Source: an uncultured Spirochaetales bacterium
Lineage (GTDB): Bacteria > Spirochaetota > Spirochaetia > DSM-27196 > DATKUC01
NCBI GenBank assembly: GCA_964553615.1
Contig: CAZKMA010000001.1
Span: forward strand, 95,592 to 159,591
Direction: 5' to 3'
Length of the DNA: 64,000 nt
The position numbers and the translations under genes are program-made. The notes beneath the pieces were generated by a model that worked only from the letters and a program-made list of their open reading frames with translations, made no database searches and was not told where the DNA came from. Positions 34,244-43,559 of this stretch are shown here, one piece after another; within the stretch, counting starts at the first letter, position 1; each line of letters opens with the position of its first letter.

Positions 34244-35733
34244 TTCGCGGGCGTTCCCAACTCCTGGCGGTTCTATTCTGTGTCGCGCTGGTCGGGGGCT
34301 GCTCGGGCGTCCGCAACACGGAGTATGCAACGCTTTCCGGCGTGCCCTGGAACGACCGGTCGGTCTTTCTCGCCGGAGCGGCGGATAGAGATCTCTTTGC
34401 CGCCTACCCGAACCTTGAAACTGCGCCATCCTATCATATCAGGATTGATCTTGCGGACGACCTGGACAGTGCAGACTGTTCAATGTCCGTCCGGTATCGC
34501 ACCGGGGATCGGCAGCACGCCGGTACGTTGGATTTTCTCCTGCTTGCAAATCAGTCGCCCGGTGCAATGGAGGTTCAGGAGATCACGGTCGACGGTGCGC
34601 CTGCGCGGTTCGAGCTGATGGATGAATCCACCATGGTGCGGGTGGACCTGCCCGACCGGAGCCCCGGTCCCACGGAGACATATATCTCGATCCACTACCG
34701 GCTGAACGATCTCGGGTCGAGGAAGGCGGGCTTCGGCGGGTTTGGACGTTCCGGGGAAGTGGTTGCGCTCGCGTATGCCTACCCGGTCATTCCCGCTCAG
34801 AACCCGTGGGACCTCGGCAGGCCTGCGGTGTGGGGAGACATAACCGCAAATCCGCAGGCGTTCTACGTTGTGGAAGTGAGTTATCCATCAACCCTCGTTC
34901 TCGCTGCCCCCGGAACGGAACTCCATCGGGCGCGGAGAGCCAATCGCACCACGACCCTTATTGCTCATGGACCTGCACGGGACTTTGCCTTCGCACTCTC
35001 CGCGGATTTCCAATACTGGGAGCGGGCGTACGGCGGAACCAGAATCCGCCTCTTCGCTCGGAATACCAATGACCAGACCGCAGAATCCGTGCTGAGGGAC
35101 GCGGGTGCCGCCGTGGAAATATTCGGCAGGAGCTTTGCCCCGTATCCGTATGATTCTCTCACGTTCGTGGCTTCCCGGCTCGATGCACTCGGGCTTGAGT
35201 TTCCCGGGTTCGTAATCCTTGCTCCATGGCTGACTGAGAACAGCGGAAGCGCGAGCAGAGTCGCACGAGTGAAGACGCTCCTCGAGGCTACCATTGCCCA
35301 CGAGACAGCACACCAGTGGTTCTATGCACTCGTCGGTAATAACCAGCTCCAGCAACCATGGATCGATGAGGGACTTGCACAGTACGCGACCTGGATGTAC
35401 TACCAGGAGCGATACGGCCCCGGAGCGGGACGAAACATTCTGGACTCCTTCTCCAAACGGTGGCAACGAGTCGCCGATCGGAATATCCCGATCGGCCGTC
35501 CCGTACGCTCCTATACCCCTCAGGAATACAGCGCAATTGTCTACGGTCGCGCTCCGCTATTTTTCATGGCACTGAATGAACGGATGGGTCCGATCGCATT
35601 CGACGCATTTCTTGCCGCATTGACGCACGACTATGGCTTTCGGGAAATCACCGGTCTGGACGTAAAGCTCGAGGCTGAAGCTGCGTGCGGTTGTTTGCTG
35701 GACGATATTTGGAAGAAATGGGTTGATGGCTGA
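34240..35733 (+). CDS. M1-family (gluzincin, aminopeptidase-N-like) zinc metallopeptidase lipoprotein
   Basis: Lipobox LAVLFCVALVGGC|SG. Zinc site: HETAHQWFYALVGNNQLQQPWIDEGLAQY, i.e. HExxH-x18-E. The ATG overlaps the kinase stop (ATGA). Confidence 0.85.
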   Translation: MIRGRSQLLAVLFCVALVGGCSGVRNTEYATLSGVPWNDRSVFLAGAADRDLFAAYPNLETAPSYHIRIDLADDLDSADCSMSVRYRTGDRQHAGTLDFLLLANQSPGAMEVQEITVDGAPARFELMDESTMVRVDLPDRSPGPTETYISIHYRLNDLGSRKAGFGGFGRSGEVVALAYAYPVIPAQNPWDLGRPAVWGDITANPQAFYVVEVSYPSTLVLAAPGTELHRARRANRTTTLIAHGPARDFAFALSADFQYWERAYGGTRIRLFARNTNDQTAESVLRDAGAAVEIFGRSFAPYPYDSLTFVASRLDALGLEFPGFVILAPWLTENSGSASRVARVKTLLEATIAHETAHQWFYALVGNNQLQQPWIDEGLAQYATWMYYQERYGPGAGRNILDSFSKRWQRVADRNIPIGRPVRSYTPQEYSAIVYGRAPLFFMALNERMGPIAFDAFLAALTHDYGFREITGLDVKLEAEAACGCLLDDIWKKWVDG

Positions 35734-35789
35734 GCGGATCCCGGGGGATCGTCCTTCTCCGCGGCCGTCAGGCGTGCTAAGCTCGCTGC

Positions 35790-37004
35790 ATGGCCGTGCT
35801 CAGACAATTCATCCCGTTGACCGCGCTTTCCTTGCTCATGATGGCGTACGGTTTTTCCGTCACCATGATCGGGCCGCTGCTTCCGGACATTCTTGCTGGG
35901 TACGGACTGAACCTTTCCTCCGGGGGACTGTTCGAAACCTTTCGCAGCATTGGCGGTATCATCGCGGCGTTCGTAGGCGGACTTGTCTCAGACCGTGTTT
36001 CGAAAAAATGGCTCGTCGCCCTGATGTTTGCGGGCTATGGGCTGACACTGGCCGCCATTGGGCGCGCGCCGGAGCATGCGCTCCTGCTCCTGCTGTTCTT
36101 TACGCTTGGGTTCACGACTCGCCTCGTGGACTCGGTTTCCAATGCACTGACGGCGGATCTCTACCCGACATCGAGTGGTACCGCCCTGAACCTGCTGCAC
36201 ATGATGTTCGGCGTCGGCGCCCTCCTGGGCCCACTGTTCGCCCGAGCCGTACTGAACGCGCATGCTTCGTGGCAATCCACCTATGGCTCGCTTGTCGGCC
36301 TGTGTGCATTCGTCCTGGTATTCTACGTGCTTGCGCTCTATGTCTCGCGTCACCGGTGGGGCTTTCCGATTCATCGGACCGCTGGAATGACGGGTCGCGG
36401 CATACAACCGGGGTTTCTCCGCAGCATGATGCGCTCTCTGCCTCTCTGGATGGCCGCAGGGATCATGTTTCTTTACGCGGGACACCAGGCGACCATGTCT
36501 GTCTGGCTTCCCCTCTATGTGGAGAATGATCTTGGGGGGTCCGTATTCGTTGCTTCTCTCGGATCTTCAATGTTCTGGATTGGTATTGTCTGCGGCCGCT
36601 TCGTATCAATGCTACTGGTGCGTCAGGTCCGCGCTGAAATCATTGTGGCAATGGGATGTATTCTGGGCGGTATCCTCCTCGGTGCCGGATTCCTTTCTCA
36701 TTCGGCAGAGATGCTGCTTGCCGCATCGCTCCTGACGGGGTTGCTCACCGGAGGAACCATTCCTCTTCTGATATCCGTGACGTGCGCATGGTTCCCCGCG
36801 TCCACCGGCAGTGTCTCAGCGTTCATATACCTGAGTGCATCCGTTGCACGCGCAATCATTCCCTGGCTCACAGGAGTTCTGGGTCAACAGATCTCGCTGC
36901 CGTTCGGCATGGCGCTGGCCTGGTTGACACTCCTGACCGCCGGTATCCTGTCGTACGTTATGCAACGCCTGTCCAGCGGCGATCGGCGACGAGGTCCTTC
37001 ATGA
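35790..37004 (+). CDS. MFS transporter
   Basis: 404 aa with 12 TM segments and the loop motif GGLVSDRVSKKW. Confidence 0.8.
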   Translation: MAVLRQFIPLTALSLLMMAYGFSVTMIGPLLPDILAGYGLNLSSGGLFETFRSIGGIIAAFVGGLVSDRVSKKWLVALMFAGYGLTLAAIGRAPEHALLLLLFFTLGFTTRLVDSVSNALTADLYPTSSGTALNLLHMMFGVGALLGPLFARAVLNAHASWQSTYGSLVGLCAFVLVFYVLALYVSRHRWGFPIHRTAGMTGRGIQPGFLRSMMRSLPLWMAAGIMFLYAGHQATMSVWLPLYVENDLGGSVFVASLGSSMFWIGIVCGRFVSMLLVRQVRAEIIVAMGCILGGILLGAGFLSHSAEMLLAASLLTGLLTGGTIPLLISVTCAWFPASTGSVSAFIYLSASVARAIIPWLTGVLGQQISLPFGMALAWLTLLTAGILSYVMQRLSSGDRRRGPS

Positions 37005-37132
37005 GGAAGCAGGTGAAGCCGGCCCGAACGATGGCGCGTCGCTGCCCGTTGAAGAAATCGTGCTCACGTCGGGATCGCGTGTCCTGCCAGGTCCAGCCGG
37101 GGGGTAAATCAATCCAGTCGTCGTTGTATCGC

Positions 37133-37177
37133 GCCACGGACTTGGCGGCACGCCACGGACTGGGCGGCACGCCACGG
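37133..37177. repeat. Intergenic 19-bp tandem repeat, 2.4 copies (GCCACGGACTKGGCGGCAC)
   Basis: 37133-37151 and 37152-37170 differ at one base. A partial third copy spans 37171-37177. Confidence 0.85.
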
Positions 37178-37200
37178 GTGCTGAGCTCGCCAATGCGTTG

Positions 37201-38877
37201 TCAGGCGGAGTTTTTTTCTTCGGTTTCCCTGCCGGCAAAGATCAGGCGAGGTCTGTTGTGATAGTTGAATCCAGATTCCACAATTCCGTGCTCACCGGCC
37301 TTCAGGATGGTCTTCCGAGCGCCGTTGTCCGGAACGCGATATTCGAGGTTTCCGAATACCAGCACGACGCCCTTGAACATGATATCTTCCACCACCGCTA
37401 TGCTGCGCCGGGAGGCGCGGAGACGGTCCCTCAAGCTGGGAACCCGGCCGCGCAGCTCCGCCATTTCTCCCGAAAGCTGAGAAAGTGACGCCTGAAGCTG
37501 ATTCTTTGCTGCCAGTACGCGCTCGTCCGCTCTCCCGTCGTGAATGACTCGTTCCAGCTGTTCGAGCTGCTGCTCGACCTTGTTCGCGTCTTCCTGCTTG
37601 GCCGCTATGTTGCGCATGGTTGACCGATAGGTGAGCAGGAGATTGGGTTCCACGCCGATAGCCACCCGAGTCGCCGCCTCGTAGATATTGCCGAGTTTTT
37701 TGCACCAGAAGCTTTCGCCCACTATGAGCTCGCTCGCAATGACCTCGGATCGACGTCCGTTCAGGACACAGTGTTTGAAGGCGGTCACATGGGAGTGCAT
37801 GATTGCCTCTTCTACGAGCACGTGGCCACGACAGGTAACCGTGGAGCTCTCAATGTACTTGGCATACAGGTCCCCGCCACAGTCGATGGTGCCTTCTCCG
37901 CTACCGGTAATTCCGGTCTTCAGAAGAATATTTCCCCCCGCCTTGAGCGTTGCCCTGCCGACGCCTTTGCCCACCTGAATATCACCGTCCGCTTCCACGA
38001 TGAATCCGTCCGCTATTCCGCCCTCTATGACGACCGAGCCCTCGAAATGGATATTCCCGGTTTCGTAGTTCACATTTGCAACGGAGACCACCGGCTCAAC
38101 GACGACAATGCCGTCCACGATCTTGACGTTTCCGTCGCAGGTTGCATAGAGACGGGTAAGATCGGAACCGATACGGGTGTTGGCCCCTTCCAGGAGTTTC
38201 ACGGTTTCTCCGTCCATTTCTGCCGGAATGATCTGACCGGTGACCGTCTGACCGTCCACGGGCTGAATTGGCGGTTCGAGCTCGGCAAGTAGATCACCTG
38301 CGTGACAGTTCTCTATGAAATTCAGCTCCTTGAGGTTTATTCGGCCGAAGTCCATTTCGAGATACGGCTTTCCCCGGTTCACGTTGAAAAAGTAGACAAT
38401 GCGATGGCCCTTCCCGAATATCGGTTCAATTCCTGTCGCAATTCTGATCGGCCTGCCGTATTCCCGTGCGGATAGAAGCCGCTGGATTCGATCCCGGTCA
38501 ATGCCGAAGATTACTCCTGCATGGTTGAGCTCTTCGAGGACGTCTGCGATGACGGGTGAGGCGGCGCCCTTCTTTGGCGGCTCCACTGCAACCGACGCCG
38601 TCATCCGGTCTTCGGAAATAGAGACCTCGATTGATGCTGCGAGGGCTTTCCCGGCGGGCCACTCTACCAGGGCTTCGGGTTTTCCGCTTCCCTGTTCAAT
38701 GAGATCTCGAATGACCTTCCCGCGCACCGGTGGCACACGCAGGAGCTTCATCCGGTTCTCTATTTCTTCGGGATAAACCGGACGGCCGGATGCCGCGGGC
38801 GGATACACGATGAGATACGCCCATCCTTTGCGATAGAAGAGCTTGAACTTGCCGTCGGGTGAAGGGTCAAAAGACAT
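37201..38877 (-). CDS. FapA-family (DUF342, flagellar assembly protein A-like) protein
   Basis: 558 aa. The central beta-helix-like repeats NIHFEGSVVIEGGIADGFIVEADGDIQVGKGVGRATLKAGGNILLKTGITG are followed by a coiled coil, the typical DUF342 layout. Confidence 0.75.
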   Translation of the reverse strand: MSFDPSPDGKFKLFYRKGWAYLIVYPPAASGRPVYPEEIENRMKLLRVPPVRGKVIRDLIEQGSGKPEALVEWPAGKALAASIEVSISEDRMTASVAVEPPKKGAASPVIADVLEELNHAGVIFGIDRDRIQRLLSAREYGRPIRIATGIEPIFGKGHRIVYFFNVNRGKPYLEMDFGRINLKELNFIENCHAGDLLAELEPPIQPVDGQTVTGQIIPAEMDGETVKLLEGANTRIGSDLTRLYATCDGNVKIVDGIVVVEPVVSVANVNYETGNIHFEGSVVIEGGIADGFIVEADGDIQVGKGVGRATLKAGGNILLKTGITGSGEGTIDCGGDLYAKYIESSTVTCRGHVLVEEAIMHSHVTAFKHCVLNGRRSEVIASELIVGESFWCKKLGNIYEAATRVAIGVEPNLLLTYRSTMRNIAAKQEDANKVEQQLEQLERVIHDGRADERVLAAKNQLQASLSQLSGEMAELRGRVPSLRDRLRASRRSIAVVEDIMFKGVVLVFGNLEYRVPDNGARKTILKAGEHGIVESGFNYHNRPRLIFAGRETEEKNSA

Positions 38878-38928
38878 CGTGAAAGATTGTACTTCTCAGG
38901 CTGATCGAAGGCAATGGTCGTGCGGACG

Positions 38929-39930
38929 TTAGTCCGACAGGCTTTCTTCAATCATGCGGGATTGGGCGCGGATGTCTTCGATCTCTTTGATCCAGAATGC
39001 CTCGCTGCCCCATTCCGGGAAGGCTGATTGAAACCAGAAGTCGTGCCGCTGCCGGGCCCGCCACGCAAGAAAGTAGACTATGCGCATGAAACGCAGTGGT
39101 TCCACCAGCCGAAACTGACGAAAATCCAGCTCTGCAAAACGGGAGTATCCGTCCTGGAGCAGCGCAACCTCTCGTCCACAGTGTTGTACGTGATCCGGGA
39201 GCAGGAGCCATAGATCCTGCACCGCGGGAGCCATCATCATATCGTCGAAATCAATAATAAGGAGCCCGGTCCCCGGCCGATCGAGGATATTGCCACGGTG
39301 ACAGTCCCCGTGGACACGGTGAATCGGGACACCCTGGAAGAGCGGAGTAATGGTTTCTACCGTTGATCTGCAGATAGTCTCGAATTCGTCTCTGACTTCC
39401 GGATGCACTACCCCCGCCTCCAGTAGCTCGTCGAGGAATGAGACGGTAAGGCCGTCGGGACTGCATGTTACCCGGTGCGGCGCCGGGCGGAGCTTCGCAA
39501 CCGCGTGGCACCGGCCAACTATTCCACCGAGTCGGTCCCAGTCCTCATCGTTTTCTGCATCGAAGTTTCTGCCGCCCATTTTTGGATACAGTGCGAAGTG
39601 AAAGGTATCTTCGTTCTCTGCCCCGTCAACGATTTCGACTGTGGAAAGCGTGTCGTTGTCCGTGTTCAGGATTGGAGGTACCACCGGGATTTCCGCTTCC
39701 GCGCAGTCAAGGAGAAACTGGTGTTCGTCGAGGATTGCATCTTCGGTCCAACGCCCGGGGCGGTAGAACTTGACCACGAACTCGGTTCCGGAATCCGAGC
39801 GCAGTCCGTACACACGGTTGATGTAACTCGGATATGGCTGAACGGTTCCGTCGAGGACCAGATCGTAGGCGGATTCCACAGCCGAAACAGCCGCCTGAGG
39901 CGTAAGCAGATCAAAGAGTCCGGTCAGCAT
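38929..39930 (-). CDS. SrkA/RdoA (YihE)-type Ser/Thr protein kinase, APH fold
   Basis: INRVYGLRSDSGTEFVVKFYRPGRW...HGDCHRGNIL...LLIIDFDD. The start is taken at ATG 39930 (GAAGGAA 6 nt upstream) rather than TTG 39966. Confidence 0.8.
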   Translation of the reverse strand: MLTGLFDLLTPQAAVSAVESAYDLVLDGTVQPYPSYINRVYGLRSDSGTEFVVKFYRPGRWTEDAILDEHQFLLDCAEAEIPVVPPILNTDNDTLSTVEIVDGAENEDTFHFALYPKMGGRNFDAENDEDWDRLGGIVGRCHAVAKLRPAPHRVTCSPDGLTVSFLDELLEAGVVHPEVRDEFETICRSTVETITPLFQGVPIHRVHGDCHRGNILDRPGTGLLIIDFDDMMMAPAVQDLWLLLPDHVQHCGREVALLQDGYSRFAELDFRQFRLVEPLRFMRIVYFLAWRARQRHDFWFQSAFPEWGSEAFWIKEIEDIRAQSRMIEESLSD

Positions 39931-40076
39931 GCACGTTCCTTCATGGACCGTAACTATGCCCGACAATTGCCGTTTGTGCTACAGCCGGCAGCGGTTGCGG
40001 ATCCACCGGATCCGCAACTTCATCAGATTTTCCCGGAACGGAACGCTCACATCCCGATTCGACTGTTGTTGCAGTA

Positions 40077-40625
40077 CTACAGGGTGAACGAGAACTTACC
40101 GCCGAAGTAGAAAACGTACGGGACGACGCTCGTGCCGGCGGATACATCGGGGCCAAGAAGGAGTGCAACGCCTGCTCCAAGACGGAATACCTTTCCTATC
40201 TTGAAATACGCAGAAAGATCCGGTATCCAGACACTCCCGGTTCCGAGGTGATTGTAGAGGCCAAAGAACAGGAATGCCCCACCGCCGACGTTGAAGTCGA
40301 TGGCAACAGGGCCAAGGTTCGCTTCGGCGAACAGGTTAGGCCATATGAGAGATTCCACGATGAAGCTGAGTCCCCGGACCCCGATGCCGAAGTTCATTGG
40401 ACCAACCGGGACCTGGTACATGACACTTGCTTCCGGCAGGAGGAACAGATAGTTCGTAAGCACATCGATACTCTGTGTCTGGGTTGTACCGCCGATTCCG
40501 CTCACGGCGACACCCATATTGATAGGAATATCTGCGCCCACATCTATGCGCATCTCAGCGAACAACGGCATGGCAAGTATTGCAAAGAGGGCGAACATGA
40601 CGAGAATCTTCTTTCGTCTGAACAT
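40077..40625 (-). CDS. Small outer-membrane beta-barrel protein (hypothetical)
   Basis: Signal peptide MFRRKKILVMFALFAILAMPLFA|E. It has alternating hydrophobic beta-strand patterns and an aromatic C-terminal strand GGKFSFTL. GGGAGG SD. Confidence 0.6.
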   Translation of the reverse strand: MFRRKKILVMFALFAILAMPLFAEMRIDVGADIPINMGVAVSGIGGTTQTQSIDVLTNYLFLLPEASVMYQVPVGPMNFGIGVRGLSFIVESLIWPNLFAEANLGPVAIDFNVGGGAFLFFGLYNHLGTGSVWIPDLSAYFKIGKVFRLGAGVALLLGPDVSAGTSVVPYVFYFGGKFSFTL

Positions 40626-40707
40626 ACAACTCCTCCCGTATAGTGAGACCTTCTATCAATTCTACACCGGATGCACCCGGATTGCACGAACTTTGACATC
40701 ATGTCGC

Positions 40708-40771
40708 TTGACCCGTTATTCGAGCATCCTTATATTCTGATTGCTTCGCTTTCGAATATTACGAAAGCGAA
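40708..40771 (+). promoter_or_regulatory. marR-operon promoter followed by a perfect 10-bp inverted repeat (candidate MarR operator)
   Basis: TTGACC (40708-40713), 17 nt, TATATT (40731-40736). Then TTCGCTTTCG (40745-40754), aatatta, CGAAAGCGAA (40762-40771), immediately after the predicted TSS. Confidence 0.6.
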
Positions 40772-40794
40772 ATAGATTGCAGAGGCAGAATAGA

Positions 40795-41232
40795 GTGGAT
40801 AACTACCGGCTTGTGGAACTGCTCAGCCTGGTCAGCCGCAGGATGCACCGATATCTGGTGCCCGTGGCAGAGGCTGAGGGGCTTTCTTTTACCGAAATTG
40901 TTGTGTTGTGGAAAATGAACAGACGCAAGGCGTGCCGGGTCACCGATCTGGCGGGCGAGGTGAGCATGCCGCCGAGCACCCTGACCGGAGTGCTCGATCG
41001 GCTGGTTGCGAAGGGCTTGCTTGTGCGCGTCCCCGACCCTGAAGACCGCAGGGCCGTAATCCTTACGGTCGGTGAACACGTGCCGGATCTTCTTGAGACC
41101 ATGAAGGATGCAAGCCGCGAACGATTATCGGCTGCATTTCGAGCCGTTCCCGATGAACATCTTGAGCGGCTCGCCGGTGACTTGCAGGAGCTGCTCGACT
41201 GTCTTGAAGGCGAAGATGAGGAATCTGTGTGA
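40795..41232 (+). CDS. MarR-family transcriptional regulator
   Basis: wHTH LSFTEIVVLWKMNRRKACRVTDLAGEVSMPPSTLTGVLDRLVAKGLLVRVPDPEDRRAV. The ORF track starts at TTG 40741, inside the promoter/operator, so I place the start at GVG 40795 (TTG 40777 is an alternative). Confidence 0.82.
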   Translation: MDNYRLVELLSLVSRRMHRYLVPVAEAEGLSFTEIVVLWKMNRRKACRVTDLAGEVSMPPSTLTGVLDRLVAKGLLVRVPDPEDRRAVILTVGEHVPDLLETMKDASRERLSAAFRAVPDEHLERLAGDLQELLDCLEGEDEESV

Positions 41233-42806
41233 GTGATACGAAAATGACCGGCGGGCCGAACGGCGCCGGAGAGAGTGGCGAGAAGACGCGTCACTGGATA
41301 GCTCCGGTGCTCGTTGCCCTGATCGGGGCGTTCATGTCAATCCTCGATACGAGCATTGTCAATGTTGCGATACCGACTATCATGAATGTTTTTAATGTAG
41401 GGACCGGGGACGCGCAGTGGATAGCAACCATCTACATGCTCGCGCTTGGCGTGGTAGTTCCCATGAGCGGCTGGATCGGGGACAAGCTTGGATTCAAGCG
41501 GCTGTACATCCTCGCTATGGCGGTGTTCGTTGCCGGTTCAATGCTGTGCACGCTCAGCTGGAGTCTGACGTCATTGATTGTCGCTCGCGTTATCCAGGCA
41601 ATTGGCGGCGGTATGATCATGCCGACGACCATGGCAATGATCTACCGGATGGTGCCTCGAGACCGGATCGGCGGCGCAATGGGAATTTTCGGCATTGCGC
41701 TGCTTGTCGCGCCGACAATAGGGCCGACACTCGGCGGCTATCTCGTGGAATATGTCGATTGGCGCTGGATCTTCACCATCAATCTTCCGATCGGCATCAT
41801 AGGTATCCTGCTCTCGCTTGCGGTGTTGCCGGATTTTTCTGCCGGAAAGGCGGGCAAACTCGATGTTCCCGGCGCACTGACGTCGGCAATCGGGCTTTTC
41901 TGTCTTCTGCTGGCTCTGAGCAAGGGAGCCGCCTGGGGCTGGGGCGATGAGAAGACGGTGTTGCTGCTCTACCTGAGTGTCACGTTTCTGTCGCTCTTTG
42001 TGTACATAGAGCTCACTTCGCCGGCTCCGCTGCTCGAGCTTCGGGTATTCAAGTATGCAACGTTCACGTTTGCGAATCTGACCGTAATTGTCACAACGAT
42101 CGGCATGTTCGCGGGGCTTTTCTATCTTCCCCTCTTTCTCCAGACGATTCGCGGACTTGGCGCAATGCAGACAGGTCTTCTTCTCATGCCCGGCGCGCTC
42201 ATATCGGCGATAATGATGCCAATAACCGGAAGGTTGTATGACAAGATTGGCCCTCGGTTTCTTGTGGTGACGGGTCTGCTGCTCCTTGCTCTTCTGACTT
42301 ACAACTTTCGCTTTCTCAATCTGGACACGCCCTACGCAACTATAACCCTCTGGATTGTCCTTCGCGGCGGAGTCATTGCGCTTGCGAACATGCCTGCGCA
42401 GACTGCAGCGCTTGCGGTAATACCCACGGAGCTCGTAAGCCGCGCCTCTGCAATGACAAACGTATTGGGACGTATTGCGAGCTCATTTGGCATTGCGGGC
42501 CTCACATCGGTTCTCACGCACCGCATAGCCTTCCATTCGCAGAACATGGCTCAAAGCGTAACCGCCGGGAGTCCGGGGACCATTGACTACCTGACCAACT
42601 TTGCCGCCGGCCTGGGCGGCACGGTGGCTTCGACCCGATCGGTTGCAATCTCATACCTTTATGGACATGTTCAGAAGCTTGCGTTCGTGAAAGGGATAGA
42701 TGACGTATTTCTCATAGCCGCCGGATTGACGCTCCTCGGTGTGGTTCCATCCATGTTCCTGAAGAAGGGTTCGGTTGCAGAGACACCTGCTGTTGCCGGC
42801 GAATAA
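41229..42806 (+). CDS. MFS multidrug efflux pump, DHA2/EmrB-QacA family (14 TMS)
   Basis: LIGAFMSILDTSIVNVAIPTIMNVF...WIGDKLGFKRLY is the EmrB-type sequence. The start overlaps the marR stop (GTGTGA). ATG 41244 is an alternative start. Confidence 0.88.
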   Translation: MSDTKMTGGPNGAGESGEKTRHWIAPVLVALIGAFMSILDTSIVNVAIPTIMNVFNVGTGDAQWIATIYMLALGVVVPMSGWIGDKLGFKRLYILAMAVFVAGSMLCTLSWSLTSLIVARVIQAIGGGMIMPTTMAMIYRMVPRDRIGGAMGIFGIALLVAPTIGPTLGGYLVEYVDWRWIFTINLPIGIIGILLSLAVLPDFSAGKAGKLDVPGALTSAIGLFCLLLALSKGAAWGWGDEKTVLLLYLSVTFLSLFVYIELTSPAPLLELRVFKYATFTFANLTVIVTTIGMFAGLFYLPLFLQTIRGLGAMQTGLLLMPGALISAIMMPITGRLYDKIGPRFLVVTGLLLLALLTYNFRFLNLDTPYATITLWIVLRGGVIALANMPAQTAALAVIPTELVSRASAMTNVLGRIASSFGIAGLTSVLTHRIAFHSQNMAQSVTAGSPGTIDYLTNFAAGLGGTVASTRSVAISYLYGHVQKLAFVKGIDDVFLIAAGLTLLGVVPSMFLKKGSVAETPAVAGE

Positions 42807-42835
42807 CACACATCTGATGAAAAGAACTCGAAATA

Positions 42836-43555
42836 TTGAAGACGGACAAGAGGTACATTGTGTCAAGGAATAAGATAATCATCATTGTAATTTCCGCTAT
42901 TCTCGCAGGAGGACTCGGAATAATCGGCTTTTATGCATATCAGGGAGCACGCTACGTTTCCACCGACGACGCCCGGGTCAGCGCGGATCTGGTCCATGTG
43001 TCGCCGGAAATCGCCGGCAACCTGCTGGTCTGGAATGTCAAAGAGGGTGATATGGTCACCGCCGGGCAGATTCTCGGGCGGCAGGATCTGGGTGCGGCAA
43101 TGACATCCGGTGCAATGAATCCGTCGTCCATAGCGAACGTAGGCGGTGTGATAGCCCAGAAGGCGCTGCTGAAAGCGCCAATAAGCGGTCAGATCATCAA
43201 GTCCAATGCGGTGGTGGGGCAGATGGTCATACCCGGCACAACTCTTGCCATCATCGCGGACACCGGTGATCTGTACATTTCGGCCGACATAAAGGAGGGC
43301 AATTTTGCCCGGATCCATATCGGCCAGGTTGTGGATGTTCATGTGGACGCGTACCCGGGTACGACCTTCCCCGGACGCATTCAGAATATCGGTCGTGCCA
43401 CCGCATCCACGTTTTCGCTTTTGCCGGCGCAAAACAACTCGGGCAATTACACGAAGGTTACGCAGGTCATCCCCATCAAGATCCATCTTCTCCAGATGGA
43501 CGGCGCCCATCTCATGGTGGGCATGAACGCCAGCATCCGCATCCACGTGGAGTGA
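42836..43555 (+). CDS. EmrA-like (HlyD-family) membrane-anchored periplasmic adaptor lacking the alpha-helical hairpin
   Basis: 239 aa with an N-terminal TM segment. STDDARVSADLVHVSPEIAGNLLVWNVKEGDMVTAGQILGRQD and FSLLPAQNNSGNYTKVTQVIPIKIHL align with E. coli EmrA. Only ~27 aa separate the two lipoyl half-motifs, versus more than 100 aa in EmrA. Confidence 0.8.
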   Translation: MKTDKRYIVSRNKIIIIVISAILAGGLGIIGFYAYQGARYVSTDDARVSADLVHVSPEIAGNLLVWNVKEGDMVTAGQILGRQDLGAAMTSGAMNPSSIANVGGVIAQKALLKAPISGQIIKSNAVVGQMVIPGTTLAIIADTGDLYISADIKEGNFARIHIGQVVDVHVDAYPGTTFPGRIQNIGRATASTFSLLPAQNNSGNYTKVTQVIPIKIHLLQMDGAHLMVGMNASIRIHVE

Positions 43556-43559
43556 TGAC

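Noticed and set aside
35723-36529. 268-aa plus-strand ORF overlapping the MFS gene in another frame.
   Set aside because: The 35790..37004 frame gives a coherent 12-TM MFS protein. The alternative frame is Arg/Pro-rich and non-hydrophobic.
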